Source: Cycas panzhihuaensis
Lineage: Eukaryota; Plantae; Cycadophyta
Length of the DNA: 64,000 bases
Direction of reading: 5' to 3'
Assembly (NCBI GenBank): GCA_023213395.1
Contig: CM041465.1
Coordinates: forward strand, 19,592,001 to 19,656,000
Shown here: positions 26,195 to 40,200 of the stretch, one piece after another
How the letters are laid out: the number at the start of each line of letters is the position of its first letter
How positions within the stretch are numbered: position 1 is the first letter of the stretch
Program-made: the position numbers and the translations under genes
The notes under the pieces: generated by a model
The model's database searches: none
Told to the model about the DNA's origin: nothing
The model's input: the letters and a program-made list of their open reading frames with translations, nothing else

Positions 26195-29100
26195 TATCCT
26201 TTTCAATACATCCCCCCTTAAGGATAACATCGGTGAGTCCTAATCTGGTACGCATCTTTGTAAATTGATCTTCAATAAGTGGCTTGATAAACACGTCTAT
26301 AAGCTAAAATTTACTTGGATAGTAGTTGACCTATAGCTTCTATAACTTGATCTGTTCATGGATGTAATGGTGTTAAATCTTAATATGCTTCATATATGTA
26401 TGAAACTCTAGATTCTTTAATAGACAAATGGTACTCTGATTATCAATGAAGATAATCAAATGTCCATTGGAAACTCCAAGAGACTCTAAGAAACCTTGCA
26501 ACCATATAGCTTCCTTCGCACCAACACTTAGTCCTTGATATTCTACCTCTATAAAAGATAACACTACTATTTGTTTCTTCTTTGTCTACCATAAAATAAA
26601 GCTATTACTAACACTAAGAATGTATCCAATAGTGGACTTTCCATTATCAAAGTCTCCTCCCCAATCAGTATCCATGTATTCATGTAAATTTTTCTCCTCT
26701 TCTTGATAATATTCAAGACCAAGATTGATTATCCCCTTCAAGTATTTTTGAATTTGATTTGTTGCAACCTAATAAGGCTCTTGAGGATTCTGCATGTAGT
26801 GGGAAACCAATCCAATAGAATAGGTAATATTTGGTCTGGTATGAGTTAAGTAGATCAAACTCCCCACCAACTAGTAATACTTCATTCCATCTATAGAGGA
26901 TTTGGGCATATCCTTCTGCAATCTTATACTCTTAATATATGATGTTATAATATATTTATAATTCTGCATCTCAAACTTCTCCAGTAGGTTTTTCACATAC
27001 TATGACTACAACAACATGATTTGATCATCCATCTGCTATCTGAATGCCCAAGAAATAGTGAAGTCTCGAGGTCTGTCATATAAAAAGAAGCTCCTAAATT
27101 AGACTTGACTTTTGCTATAGTCTTGCCACAATTATCACTAATGATTAAATCATCTACATACACAACACAAGCAACTATTGAAGTCCCTCTACTTTTACAT
27201 ACAAATTTGGGTTGAATTTTGAAATCTTGAAACCTTCAACTTTCAACTTGGCATCTATTTTCTCATACTGCACTAGGTGCTTATTTTAGGCCATAGATTG
27301 ACTTCTTTAATTGGTAAACAAGATGCTCTTGGCCTTCTTTAATGAATTCCAGAGGTTACGACATGTGAAACTCCTTAGATCTCTATTAAGGAATGTGGAC
27401 TTAACATCCATTTGGTATAACTCCCAATCATAAGTAGTTGCTAAGGAAATGATCAATCAAACCATTTCATTCTAAAGACTGGTGCAAATATCTCCCCATA
27501 GCTAATTCCTTCTTTTTGCTTAAATACTTAAGTGACAAGTTTAGACTTGTACTTATCCACCTCTCCATCAAAGAAAAACTTTATCTTATAAACCCACTTA
27601 CATCCAATATGGTTTTTCATCAAAGGTAGAAAAACCAGATCCCAAGTATCATTCTTCATCAGTAAACCATACTCTTCCTCCATCGTAGCTCTCCAACGTG
27701 GATCTCCTTTTGCCTCATAAAATGAATCAGGATCACTGGAGTTATTGGTGTTTACCAGTAGAGTTCAACTAGCATATTGACTTCTTATTCTTTTATCATT
27801 AGTTAGGGTTTACATCGTTATACCAAAATCTTTAATAGTCTTCCTTGCCTATAAAGGTATAGAAGGACCCGTTGCTAGAGGTACTTCTTCTTGCGACTGC
27901 TCCTCATGATTACATATCCCACTTGGTCTTGCTTCCTCAAGTCTTCCAATGATTAGCTCATCATCCTCTTCACTTGATGAATCTAAGAATGGGAGAAACG
28001 AGGGGTAAAAAGGCTCCTCTGATGATCTTTCAACATGATATATTAATGACTCATCAAATTTTAGATCCCAACTAACCACAATCTTCTTCCCTTATGGATC
28101 CCATTATTTGTAAGCTTTATTTTGATCACAATATCCCATGAATATATACTTGGACTCTTTTGATTTAACTTCTTATGAGTATCATCTAGGATGTAGGTGT
28201 ATACAATATATCTAAAGGTTCTTAAATGGCTAATGACATGCTTTTGACTCGTGCATTTTCCTTTAGGGGTCATGCTATGAATTGCTTGAGTGGACACCTA
28301 ATTCAAAATATACATAATAATCACCACAGCTTCTACCTAAAACATCGGTGGTAAGTTTTTAGCATGTACCATACACCTTGCCATCTCTATTATGGTACAA
28401 TTCTTTCATTCAATAACTCCATTTTATTGTGGGGTATATGAGACTATAAATTTCTACTTTATACCATGATCACAGAAGAATTGATTAAATACATGGTTGT
28501 TGTATTCCTTGCCATTATCACTTCTTAATGATTTAATCTTCTTATCATTTTCCACCATCACTTTCCAGTCAAAAAAGTGATCAAACACATCTAACTTATT
28601 TTTGAGAAAGTAAACATAGGCCTTCCTGGTATAATCATCTATAAACATAAGGGTGTAACAAGCTCCTGATATCGAAGGATTTAGGAGAGGCTCCATTATA
28701 TTTGAATGTATAAGGTCCAACTTCTCCTTAGCTCTCTAGGTATTCTCCTGAGCAAAAGGATAACAATGATGCTTGCCATATATATACCCTTCATAAACAC
28801 CATCTGAGCAAAAATTTGATGGCAATCCTCCCACCATCTTCAACCTCTTCAGAAGTGTAATACTTCTATAATTAAGGTGTCTTAGGTAATTATGCCAAAA
28901 TTTACTCATGTCATCAATGCTGGCAACAAAGACATAAGACTTCTTTTGAGATCAAAATTTCTTAAATACTTAGAAGTTATCCCTAATGTTTCTAGTAGCA
29001 ATGATAGAGAAATTTTACTTTAGATCCTTAATCAGGCATCTATCATTGTAAAGGTCCACCTTCATACTTTATTTGTAGATTTCCTAGGCTAAAAGAAGGT

Positions 29101-30160
29101 TTAACTACATCTTAGGTATATAGTATACCCCGGTAAACTTACCACCTGCAATGGATACTTCGTTAATGCCTTCTATTAGTAAAATGTGAACATCTCCAAG
29201 GATAATTTTGGCACCACTATGATTTTCATTTACCGTATCAAAATTGCACTTTTAGTAAGAGATATTCTTCTATGGTCCAGAGTTAAGAATCCAATAATCT
29301 CTTTAATCTGACTCAGCTGATAAGGTTTTTGCTCAAATGTAGTATACAACAATACTCTTTCCTTTGTCATCTTAGCTTACTTTATGGTTGCCATGCCTCG
29401 TGAATTGATAGTTTTTCTCTCTATGACCCTTTTTTTTTATAGTAGTTGTATTTTCCATTGAATTTCTTCTTTTCCCAAGAACTTTCTATAGACCTTTGTG
29501 TGAACTTCTTCTCTTGAGTGGCCTCTATCCTATGAGTCTTCATGGCTAAGGGTTGACTTGATTCAAAACCTCTAAGCATACCATGATGTTTCAACTTGGC
29601 ATCCTCTGCTAGAATAAGGTTTTTAAGACTATCAGAAATTTCTGCCTCCATCACCTCATCTCTACCATATATATGGTCTGAAAAGTGGCAAAGGTAGTAG
29701 GTAGCTTTAACATGATTATCACAAATAACAATGCATCATTGATCAAATTTTTCTTTAGTTCTTCTAGGTTATTCTTTAAGTCTATAATCTTGTTTAGGTA
29801 GAAATTGATATTATTCTCATCTTTCACATGTAAATTGAGTAACTCCAACATCAGGGGAAGATGTCTATTCATCTTCTTTTTCTCAAAAACATCACATAGT
29901 TTTTTCTAAATTTCATTTAGTTCTTCAAGATTATGAACCAAGGCTCTCTAGTTTGGGGCTAGTGATAGTTTCAACAATCCCACAGCCATAAACTTCTTCT
30001 CTTTAAGTCAAACTTTCTCTTTATGATCCAATGGAATCGCATCCACCTTTGCCTTAGTGATAACCCATAGTTGATTCACCATTAATATTAGCTCTATGTT
30101 GGCCTTCCACTCATTGAAATTGTTACTATTAAAGATAAACTTCAGTATTATGCACTACAT
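26195..30160 (-). pseudogene. copia B gag-pol remnant, copy 2
   Basis: Same fragments as copy 1. Ends approximate. Confidence 0.85.
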
Positions 30161-31530
30161 CTTAAGAAATAGGCTTCAACACAAGTCAAACGTCACCAAA
30201 TGATTGTCTAATAGACCTTTTAGGCAAAAAACACCACTATGGTCTCCTCTTGGTCAGACACACACATTGTAGAAGCCCAAAACACTAACTATGCATGCTC
30301 TAGGTAGCTCACCAACTATTCTCTCCTCATAAATAACCTTAAATATACTCAAAAAATCTCAAAATCAACTCTTAAGATACTTAATAATGTACTTCAAGAA
30401 CTAAGGAAATCTTCTCACAGCAGTAAGGCATGGTCTCCAAGTTAAAAAAACAAATAATTATCCTTAAACAACCCTTAAAATAACTTGAGAACACTTTAAA
30501 TATCTCAAAATACTTCACAATATGTAAGATATCATATCTTAATGGTCTTAAAGGGTCCTTTTATGATGCTATATTAGAACGAGAAAATGCCAAAAGACAT
30601 ATTCCAAGAGTAGTGACTTTTTATAAGCCCTCGTCCATTTTTACTAAATGCATATATTAAATGGATTAAATAACATGTGCTTTAATATAATAAGGTTTCA
30701 AAGGTTTATTTTTGTTTGATACAACCTTTAAAATTTCCCACTATATAAAATAGTAAGGGATGACTATGGGACAACAGGAGACAATCGTGCGACCAACGTG
30801 GGTCACATGGCTATAAATATGGTATTTTTAGTGGTAAGATTCCTCTAAGAACAACCCATCCACATTAAAATCTACCTAGCCAGCTCTATGGTGATTCTAA
30901 CATGCCTATTTCACACATATAGTTAGGAAATAAAGATGCAAACTTAATCAAGGGCACCATAATTCAATGAAACATCTTCTAATGTTAAGAATACCATATA
31001 TTATTGTTATACAAGTAGTCTAGCACTTATATATAGATAGAAAACCACCAATATAAGGCTCTAATCATGTCCATAGGTGCAAAAAGAAGATTTGATAGTA
31101 AAGAAGAGTAGAACAGGCCTATTTTCATTGAATTTTATGAGGTTTTATTGAGAGAGTAGGCCATCTTATGTGTTTATAATTATTGCTATCCTTATTATCA
31201 TTAAATCACCATTAGTACATGTTCTGTTGGCTTGAATTACTATAATAATTCATCAATCAACTTTAGATGGCCCTCAAAGAGCCAACTTGTACCATAAGCA
31301 TGGCCTTCATGTCTAAATATTGACTCTAATAGACCCTTATTCTCTATAGATTAGTGGTTTTCACTGCTTCAACTACCATTTATCTATTGTGCCTACTTCT
31401 GCATATTGTTGGAGTTGATGGACCCTCAAGACAAGTCTTGGATTTAATGACATCACCTGGCAACCAATAATCACACTTCTTTACTCAACGTTTGGCCTCA
31501 GTTGTGTAAGACCCTATGGCTCTTATATCA

Positions 31531-31891
31531 TATTTGGGAACATGAAATCATACAGGTATATTCTCATCCATAAAATCTTTAACCATATATAGTAAGTAAA
31601 TAAAAATTCACATAGAATACAAATGTATAGTACATAGGATTTACGTGGGAAAATCCTTTCAGAAAAAAACCCACTACAAAAGATCCTTATGGATCACATC
31701 AATTATTCTACAATGATTTAACACAAGATACATTAAGTACATAAGGGCTTAAGGCTTTTATACTCTTCTAAGAGGTGTTACCCAATTAAGGTTGTAACCC
31801 TCTGAATTCTTTGTAGCTTTTCACTAATCACCATTAGTTAAACCACATTAACATTAACTTAGTAGCTTAATAAACAACTACCATGTTAATA
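31531..31891 (-). repeat. 5' LTR of copia B
   Basis: tatttgggaacatgaaatc...ccatgttaata (termini decayed TG>TA, CA>TA). Confidence 0.93.
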
Positions 31892-32723
31892 ATAAGACTC
31901 TCTACAAGTAAGGCCTCTCTAGTAATATGACTCTCCTTAAAGCAAGGCTCCAACATCATGCCTCATATTCCCAAACCTGAGCTATCATCTTCTCATTACA
32001 TTGCCCTAAACACAATTTGTCTGCATCTTTGCACTCATGCCTAAACATAGGATATTAATGTCTATGCATATTTTAGCTCTATATTTTTTGTTATTATTTT
32101 ATCCACTTTCATGCTTTCTATCCTTTCTTTGTTCGTTCTCAAGATCTCTTGATTCATTTATGCCCTTTGCATGATTATTATCACTTATCTATGCTCCCAA
32201 ACTCACTCTATAATAATGCCTCTCATATTATATCATTCCTCCCTCTATGCTATCCAATTATCCTCATGATGATACTCATCTAACATCCAATCCTTGTTCT
32301 TTGTCTTCTAGATTAAGATCATTATACTCCTTTTCTATTTGTGGGATTACCTTACTTTATTGATGACTAGCTACTCATCTCATTTTATTCACGTCACAAC
32401 CTCCTTACTCTATGCAATCCAAAATATCCTTCAATCTTCACTCATAATAACACCTCTTCTCTCTCGATCCATTTGACTACCTTTTAAATCCATGAGATCT
32501 ATGTGATCTTGATGGCATCCTTCACCATCAAAGTGGTACTAAGTGGGTGGGGATATTTCCCCACTCACTGTAACTATCTAGATTCGAAGTTGTTTAACTC
32601 CTTTCTATTTGCTTTCTTTTGAATTTTTTTTCTTTTTTACCTTGTTATTTGTTTACTTTCATTTTTTGTTATTTTTTTTTTCTTTTTTCTTTTTATTTAT
32701 TTCCCTTTCTATTTTTTATTGTA

Positions 32724-32763
<40 letters not shown>
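32724..32763. repeat. (TAT)n microsatellite within a T-rich low-complexity tract
   Basis: About 13 TAT units seen directly. Confidence 0.92.
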
Positions 32764-32844
32764 TATTTTATTTTTTACTTTTTTTGAACTATAATCACAA
32801 TTTCATTAGGGTGGAAAGGAGGAAATAAACCTCCTTTTAACCTA

Positions 32845-32855
32845 CTCTCTCTCTC

Positions 32856-32898
<43 letters not shown>
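32845..32898. repeat. Compound (CT)n(AT)n(GT)n microsatellite
   Basis: Seen directly. Confidence 0.93.
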
Positions 32899-32901
<3 letters not shown>

Positions 32902-34231
32902 TCTAATGCCACAAAATAGTGAAGCAAATGAGACAAGAACCCCTAACAAGATGGGTTTGCTAACACTACACTAGCATGTAGTGAAAGGTACCCAAAATGA
33001 AGATGTTATTACGACTTATTAGCTTGATTAAATCACATTTTTCTTTTAAGAGGTGAAGAGGGCTAAATTAATGTTCTTTTATATTTATGCTTTGTCATTT
33101 ATGCACATGAAGTTGAAGTAATAATTGCAAGTTTTTAAAGTGTATTTTAGAGAAGAATAGAGTTTCAGGACATTTAGTTATCCCATTAATAAATTGCATA
33201 TAAAATCCATGATTTCCCCCATCATTGGCTAATTGATAGAACCACAACTTACACAAACATAATCATAAATCATTAGTAGATCAAGCAATAAATATCTAGT
33301 TAATTAACCAATAATAATGAAGCGTAGTTCATTGTCTTTAAGGGCCCAAAATTAAGCAAGCACTGGGTAAAAAAGGTGACCTTTTGGGAATCAATAGATT
33401 TTATGGTCTTAAGAAATCACCCTAAGGATAAATCAACAACCTTAAAAACTTTATCGCTATAATAATATAATAGGAAAAATGGGAGTTTCATCCACATCGT
33501 AATAGAGCTAGGATTTTTTGGCCTTATATGAAATATCCATTTATATTTATGATGCATTTTTAGCTATTTTTATAAGTTATTATATATTTAGTCATACCTT
33601 TTAAAAGTATGCATCCCATGAAAGCTAAGAAATACTTCTTTATTTATTTTATTTTTTTGTCTTCCTCTTTTTTTTAAAAACTAGACTAAAATGGGTCTTT
33701 TTATTGGCCATTAAATATATCAAAATTATTATTATCATTAATTATTTTATATTGATACTAATGTATGATATTTAAGTGATATTATTCTTTAGGTCAGGTG
33801 CTAAAGTGCATTGGTACATACTACTTCTGATGTAAACAATGTTCTAGGTTTGAGCTTCAAGGGGTTTATAAGGGTGAATAGAATGAAAGGATGATAAACC
33901 CAGACAAACTAAAAATCAATTCTCTCCTCAAGGTTCAACACCTTAAAAAAAAAAAAAAAAGTGATATCACTCTCTTGCTAAAAAATTGCTTAATCTTTTG
34001 TATTAAGTTAATACCTTATATATGCTTATTCTTCCTTTTTCATTTAGAATCCTCTAATGTTAATAAAAATAGAAGGCATCTAAAATAAATAGCATAGGTG
34101 TGATCCTTCTAAAGCTAGTTGAAATTTTAAGTTTCTAAGTTAAAAGAGGTAATAAGCTAATTAATCACATTATGCATTGAAACAAAATTAATCCAACTCA
34201 TGATTTTTAACATAGTATAATAGTTAAATAA

Positions 34232-37200
34232 TATAGTGTTTCCTCCCAAAAATTTGACCTTTTAAATGTAGACCAATAGAAGTAAAGCCAAAATAACACA
34301 GGTTCACAAACAAATCACCAAAGACAGTACCAAAGTACTTTCTCTTTAAGATAACAATACTTAATAAATATTACAAGTAAAGCTTGACCCTTTAAATAAG
34401 CATGTGAGGGTCTTCTTCCTTATGATATTATTAGTGGCCTCAATGGCCTTACATCTTATTAGGCAGCTTAACGATCCATGTATAAATCTTAATAGCTAAC
34501 ATTAATCTTTAACCTTTTGGTAACTTCTACTTACTAGTGCTTAGGAAAGGTGGGGTTACGTTACATCCCCCACCACCCCCCCCCCCCTCCGAGACACTAA
34601 ATCCTTACAGCATTGGAGATGAGGATATTGTTGGATGAACTTGCCAGATTCCCAAGTTGCTTTATCTGCATCACAGCTGACCCATTATACCAAGTTCTCA
34701 GAAATAGTGTGATTCTAGAGGCAGCATTGCTAGTTAGCAAGGATTTTATTTGGTAGAATTATTAGTGTTTGCTCCTCAAAGAGAATGGGTAAGGTGGTGT
34801 GGGGGGTAACTTTAGTTCTAAGGTATTTTTTTAGACAAGAAACATGGAAAATGTTATGGGTATTGGTGTTTAGAGGGAGTTCAAGGGCAAAGGCAACTTC
34901 ACCAATTTTATGGAGGACTTTATAAGGGCCATAATAATGGGGGCTTATTTATGCCCTTTATATGACTTAAGAGATTGTTGCTTATAGGGTTAGAGGTGGA
35001 GGAATACTAGATCTCCAATGTCAAAGGATCAATCAAATCAGTGGTGGTTAACAAGTTATTTCATTTGATTTTGAGTAACAACCAAATTTTATCAAAGGGT
35101 AGAGAGGATTAGGTCCATCTCTTGAAGCTTTTATTGTATAAAAGTTGTTCAAAAGTTTGTGGCTAGGGTATGGTGGGAAAGGGGTGGTAACCATAGAGAG
35201 CCAAAAAGGGGGGCATACCAATGGCAAAATGGTGAGAGAAGTTGTACTAGTATTATGGCAAGGAGAGACAAGAGGTCCACTTAGCTTAGTGTTTAAAGGT
35301 AAAGCAGCATAAATAAGTTTTTAGAGTTTTGTTCAGGACCTCAGATTGACTATTTGTTTGAGGGTGGTAAGCAAAACTCATGTTAAAAGAGGTTCTGATA
35401 GCCTTAAAGTGTTTTTGCCAAAAAAAGCTGGTGAACTTAGTCTCAATCGTAAAAGATGGATGAAGGGAAGTCGTGAAAGCGAAATATGAATTGGACATAT
35501 AGGTCAACGAGATAAGAGGATGTACATGAGGTGTGAATATGGAGAAAGTGTGAGTACTTAGTTAATTAGTTAATGATTATTCAATTGGAGTCAAACCTAG
35601 CAAATGAAGGTAAACCCTTGATAAAGTCCATGTCAATATCCTGCCACTTACCTTGAGGAATATTCAGTGGTTGGAGAAGTCTAGGAAGGGCTTTAGTATT
35701 GACTTTATTTTGCTGAACGTATCATATTCTAATACAAAAGTAAATATTGTAGTCTTCATATGGGGCTAAAAGAAATCTATATGGATTCGATGATATGTTT
35801 GATCAAACCCTAAGTGACCACTGAGGAGAGAAGAGTGGTATTTCATTAGGATTCCTGGTATGAATGAGGAGGATGGGTGGATAAAGATGTTATTTTGATA
35901 GAGTATATGGTTATTATAGGTTGACCAACCTTTATGGGTGAAAACATTTTTACTCTAGTTAAGGTAGTTAGGTTAGGCCTAGTTTTCAACCCATAGTTCA
36001 TCAAGCTAAAGGGGTTGGGTTTTGCTTATGGCATGAAGGCTTAGGTTGGGGGTACTATCGTGAGGGTAGACACATGAAAGGGTGTCTACGACTATATTGT
36101 CTTTGCCTTATTTATATGATATTATAAAGTCAAAGACTTATAGACAGTGAACCCACTTATCTTATTCTTCCAATAAGACTGGCTACTCTAATAGATTATG
36201 GAGGCTATGGTGATCCGTAAGAATAGTAAATTTGAAGCCTTAGGAGGTATTGCCACCACTTATCAATAATGTGGAGAATAACTTTCATCTACTTCTAGTA
36301 TGTAGAGAGATATATTTCATGCTCTTTTAATTTTTAGCTCTTGAATACAATGGGATGAGAGCCTTGCATCAGGACTACACCTAGTCTAAATCCCAAGGCA
36401 TCACATTTAAGTTGGAAAGGTCGGTTGAAGTCAGGAGTGATGAGGATTGGGGTGAAGGTCATTACTAATTTAAGGTGGGAAAAAGTAGCATCAACTTCTC
36501 GAGACCATTAAAAAGCATCTTTATAAAGGAGATTGGTTAAGGGGGTTGTGAGGGTGGCATAATTATGTATAAACTATTGGTAAAATCTTGTGAGCCCAAG
36601 GAATGCTCATAATTGGGTAAGGGTGGTGGGTGTTGGCCAATTCATGATGATAGATATTTTATTGGGGTCCACACATACCCCTTTTGATGAGATGATATGC
36701 GCCAAGTATTTGAGTTCAAATTGCCTAAACTTATACTTAGATAATTTTGTATAGAGTTAGTGGTTTTATAGTATTTGAAGGATAATTTCTAAGTGTTGGA
36801 TGTGGTGGTCTAGGTAGACACTATAAATAAGAATATTATCAAAGAAGGTTATGATAAATTTTTGGAGATAGGGGCTAAAAATTTTATTCATAAGGGCTTA
36901 AAAAGTTGTTGAGGCATTATAAAGGCTAAAGGGCATTACATGAAACTTAAAATAGCCATGATGTGTTCGAAATATTATCTTATGGTAGTCTTTCAGGGAA
37001 ATTAAGATTTGATAGTAACTAGACTTAAGGTCTAGCTTAGACAAGATAGTCATGCCATGGATTTCATCTAACATGTCATCTATGTGAGGGGTGGAGACCT
37101 TTTTTTTTTGGTAATTTTATTTAGCTTTCTATAATCGACATAGAGGCAGAAGGAACCATCTTTCTTCCTAACTAAAATAATTGGAGTTGCATAAGCATTT

Positions 37201-40200
37201 TTACTAGGTTGGATTATGCCCATATTAAGGAGATTGGTTGTGAGTTTCTCAATTTCATTCTTTTAAAAGTATGAGTTAAGATAAGGTCTTAGGTTAATAG
37301 GGTCATGATTAGATTGGAGGTAAATTGTATGATAGAAGCTACGATCAGGTGGAGTAGCAATGGTTAGAGGAGCAAAGACCTGCTCATATTGGGTAATGAT
37401 ATCCTAGATGCATGGGTGAATTTGTGGTTTGATTTGAATATTGTTAAGGTGGACTATGTATCCTAGGTGGAATTGAAGATTACGTTTCATACGCCCAGGA
37501 GAGACCACTTAATTAGGGGGAGACTACATCCCATAAATTTTGTAATTTCAACTCGTTTGGTCTTTGGAAGTAATGAATGGGTTGGTAGGGGAGTTATTTG
37601 TACTATAAGTTCTTAGGATTTGTAACCATTGAATTCCCAAGATAGCATCAGACCGTCCTATTAATAAGGCATACAAATATGACACCAACAGATACGAGCT
37701 AATTTGGAGTTATAGGTTTTTAATAACACTAGCACAATGGAGTTGTTGGTATCCTAGTAGAGAATAAGTGAAGCTAGTTTTTGGTACTATATATAGGTTG
37801 AATTATCAGGCTATAGAGATATCAATGAAATTGAGTGGCATGCCACTATTGACCAAGATAGACATTGGAGTCTTGCGAAGAATGCCTTAGACATATAAGG
37901 GTTCAAGGTAAGAGGAGATGGTAACAACGAATATGGATACTTTAGGGTAAGGGTCTGGGGTTGAATCATCATGGGTGTCATCTTCAGCCTTGTGTTCCAA
38001 GTCAAAGTCAAAGGCTTCATTGGAGGATAGGGATGGGTCAATGGAAAAAACCATGCATCGTGTCTTATAGATACGACTGTGCCTAGAAGTCTAATTTTTT
38101 GCATACTACATATAAAGGCTAGCCTCCAAATGGCATCATACTTCGACTTAGGAAATTTGGACTCTTTTGTTAGATGAGTCATCATTTTGATAATTGGTAG
38201 TTGGGCGAGTGGTATCATCTTATCGCAGTTGAGGACATATAAAGCCGGTTTGAGGATGTCCAACATCATCAAATCGAGGCTGCGGTCACTAGAAGTTTAA
38301 TTGTCAAGTGTATGAGAACTAAGTGTTATCCCAACAAGTCGTTAAGGGTTTATCTGCCACAAATTCAGTCTCTACTACTCGAGCCCACTTGAATACATCC
38401 TTGATGGAGTAGATTGCCATTGTCTTTAGTCTCATCTGAATGTGATCTTAGAATCTAGCTACATAGATATTAATTATTGTTTGTTTATCTAAATTTTAGC
38501 TTTATGGTGAGTGATTGTATAAAGCTTAAAATTTGTCAATATAAGCCTCTACTATTGTAGTTTATTTAAGTCAAGTAAGTTACATGAAGAAAGATTGATT
38601 TCATGTATCCTTGTATTGTTCAAAGAAACAATTGGTGAAGCAAGACCATGTTAAGTGGAAGGGATATTCTCATTTTTATTAGTTGAACCAATGGTAGGCT
38701 CATCCATCTAGGTGAATGGAAGCACATAAGAGTTGATTCTCCTCAGACATTGGGTGGAGTATGAAATATGATTCTAACTTGTTAATCAAACTTCAGGTAC
38801 ATTCTCTATTCATGTCTAGATTAAAGGTAGAAATATTAATTTTATGAAAGAAAGGCTGCCTTGGTGGAGAACCTCCTATAGTTGTATTACTTCCTTGGAA
38901 AATGGGAGGTTAGTTGCCTATTGTATGAGAAGTGGTTGTGCTGTGGAGTTGGGATTGCAACGACTATTAGATTTGTGTAATGATTTTACTTTTTGTGCCC
39001 TCGAGATCTAATGTGATAGGTATGCTCTCAAACTTACCGGTGACATGTTGCTTGAAGTTCTCGACATCTTGCTTGAAGTTGTTGAATTCATTAGCTAACT
39101 CATTAATTCTTGCTCGTTGATATTTTGCCATTAGAGTTGTACAAGAGGCTTACAAAAGTGAGAAATAGTAGGAAGAAGGGAAATAGACGAAGTGGGACAG
39201 ATTAAGAAAGAATGAGATATGAGGACAAGGGAGTTGTTATGGGGGAGAGAAGGGGTAAATAGGGAGGTGGGGTATCTACAGCTTGTTGACCCCAAAAATT
39301 ACATAAACAAGATATTGGGCCCACTGAAAAGAGTGCAGAAGGCTCATCCAAATGGGGTATATAAAATTTAAGGTGAATTTGGAATGGCAGGGCCCACCAA
39401 TAACCTAGGTACTAAAAAACGTGAAAATTACTTGCATGAACTAATCTAGTGCAAACTGACCAATATGATGTACTGATCAAAATAAGGTATATGAGTTGTA
39501 GGGGTAATTTTTAGCTATGAACTTGTATTGTGAAGAGTGACTAAGTGGAGTTATTTATTTATTTATTTGTTTATTTCTTTTGCTTCTTTTCTTTCTTGTT
39601 CTTCTTTCTCTCTCTTTTTTTTTTTTTTGGAAAGTCATTGCTTAATGATTCTCAATTCATCTGATGAGTAGAAACTAGTCTTTTTTTTTTATATGTGGTG
39701 GCTTGTGATCTTAATTAAGAAATAGAATAGGTAAAGCAGTGTGGAAACGTTCAGAGGTACCCTATTAACTACTAGACAAGGTGTGCTTGGTCTTATAGGC
39801 CTACCAATAAACATATGATGCAGTAGTTCAGGGCAGGTAGCTTTATGGCGCTAACTACTGACCATTGCACTACAAGACTTCAACAACCAATAATTTACCT
39901 ATGCTAAGGAGGATTTAGGATCTTAAAGGGGTCCTCCTATATACTCGAAGATACGTGGAGGCGTACTTCTGTAGCCAGGTTTTGTTTAGGGCTTGGTTTA
40001 GGAATGTTATCTCCAGTCCTTCACGCAAGGGGTGGAAAAGCCACGATGCACTTAGCTAGAATGATAAATCCATGTGATATATAAAGACCCCCAATACAAG
40101 GTTTCTATCTAACTACTTGAGTAGCCACCCAGGAGTGTTATCTACTTGAGAAAGAGAGGTGGGAGAAAGAAAGAGTAACCGCCCAGTGGTGTTATATACC

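Larger units (their letters stand above)
21158..31146. repeat. Direct tandem duplication: 21158-26150 (4993 bp) and 26151-31146 (4996 bp)
   Basis: Near-identical copies; the ORF track repeats at about +4995. The junction ...gaggtttt|AT|agttgtg has 2-bp microhomology. Confidence 0.97.
20756..31891 (-). mobile_element. Ty1/copia LTR retrotransposon B with internal 5-kb tandem duplication, decayed
   Basis: LTRs at 20756-21118 and 31531-31891. TSD ATAAG at 20751-20755 and 31892-31896. Degenerate iMet PBS (gctcttatatca) at 31519-31530. PPT revcomp of tccccctctt at 21119-21128. IN (FIDDYTRK, LRSDNGKEY), RT (VYVDDLI) and RH (FIDNQSTI) fragments each occur twice. Confidence 0.95.

Noticed and set aside
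32609-32828. Hydrophobic poly-Leu/Phe/Tyr ORFs
   Set aside because: Translation of a T-rich tract and (TAT)n microsatellite.
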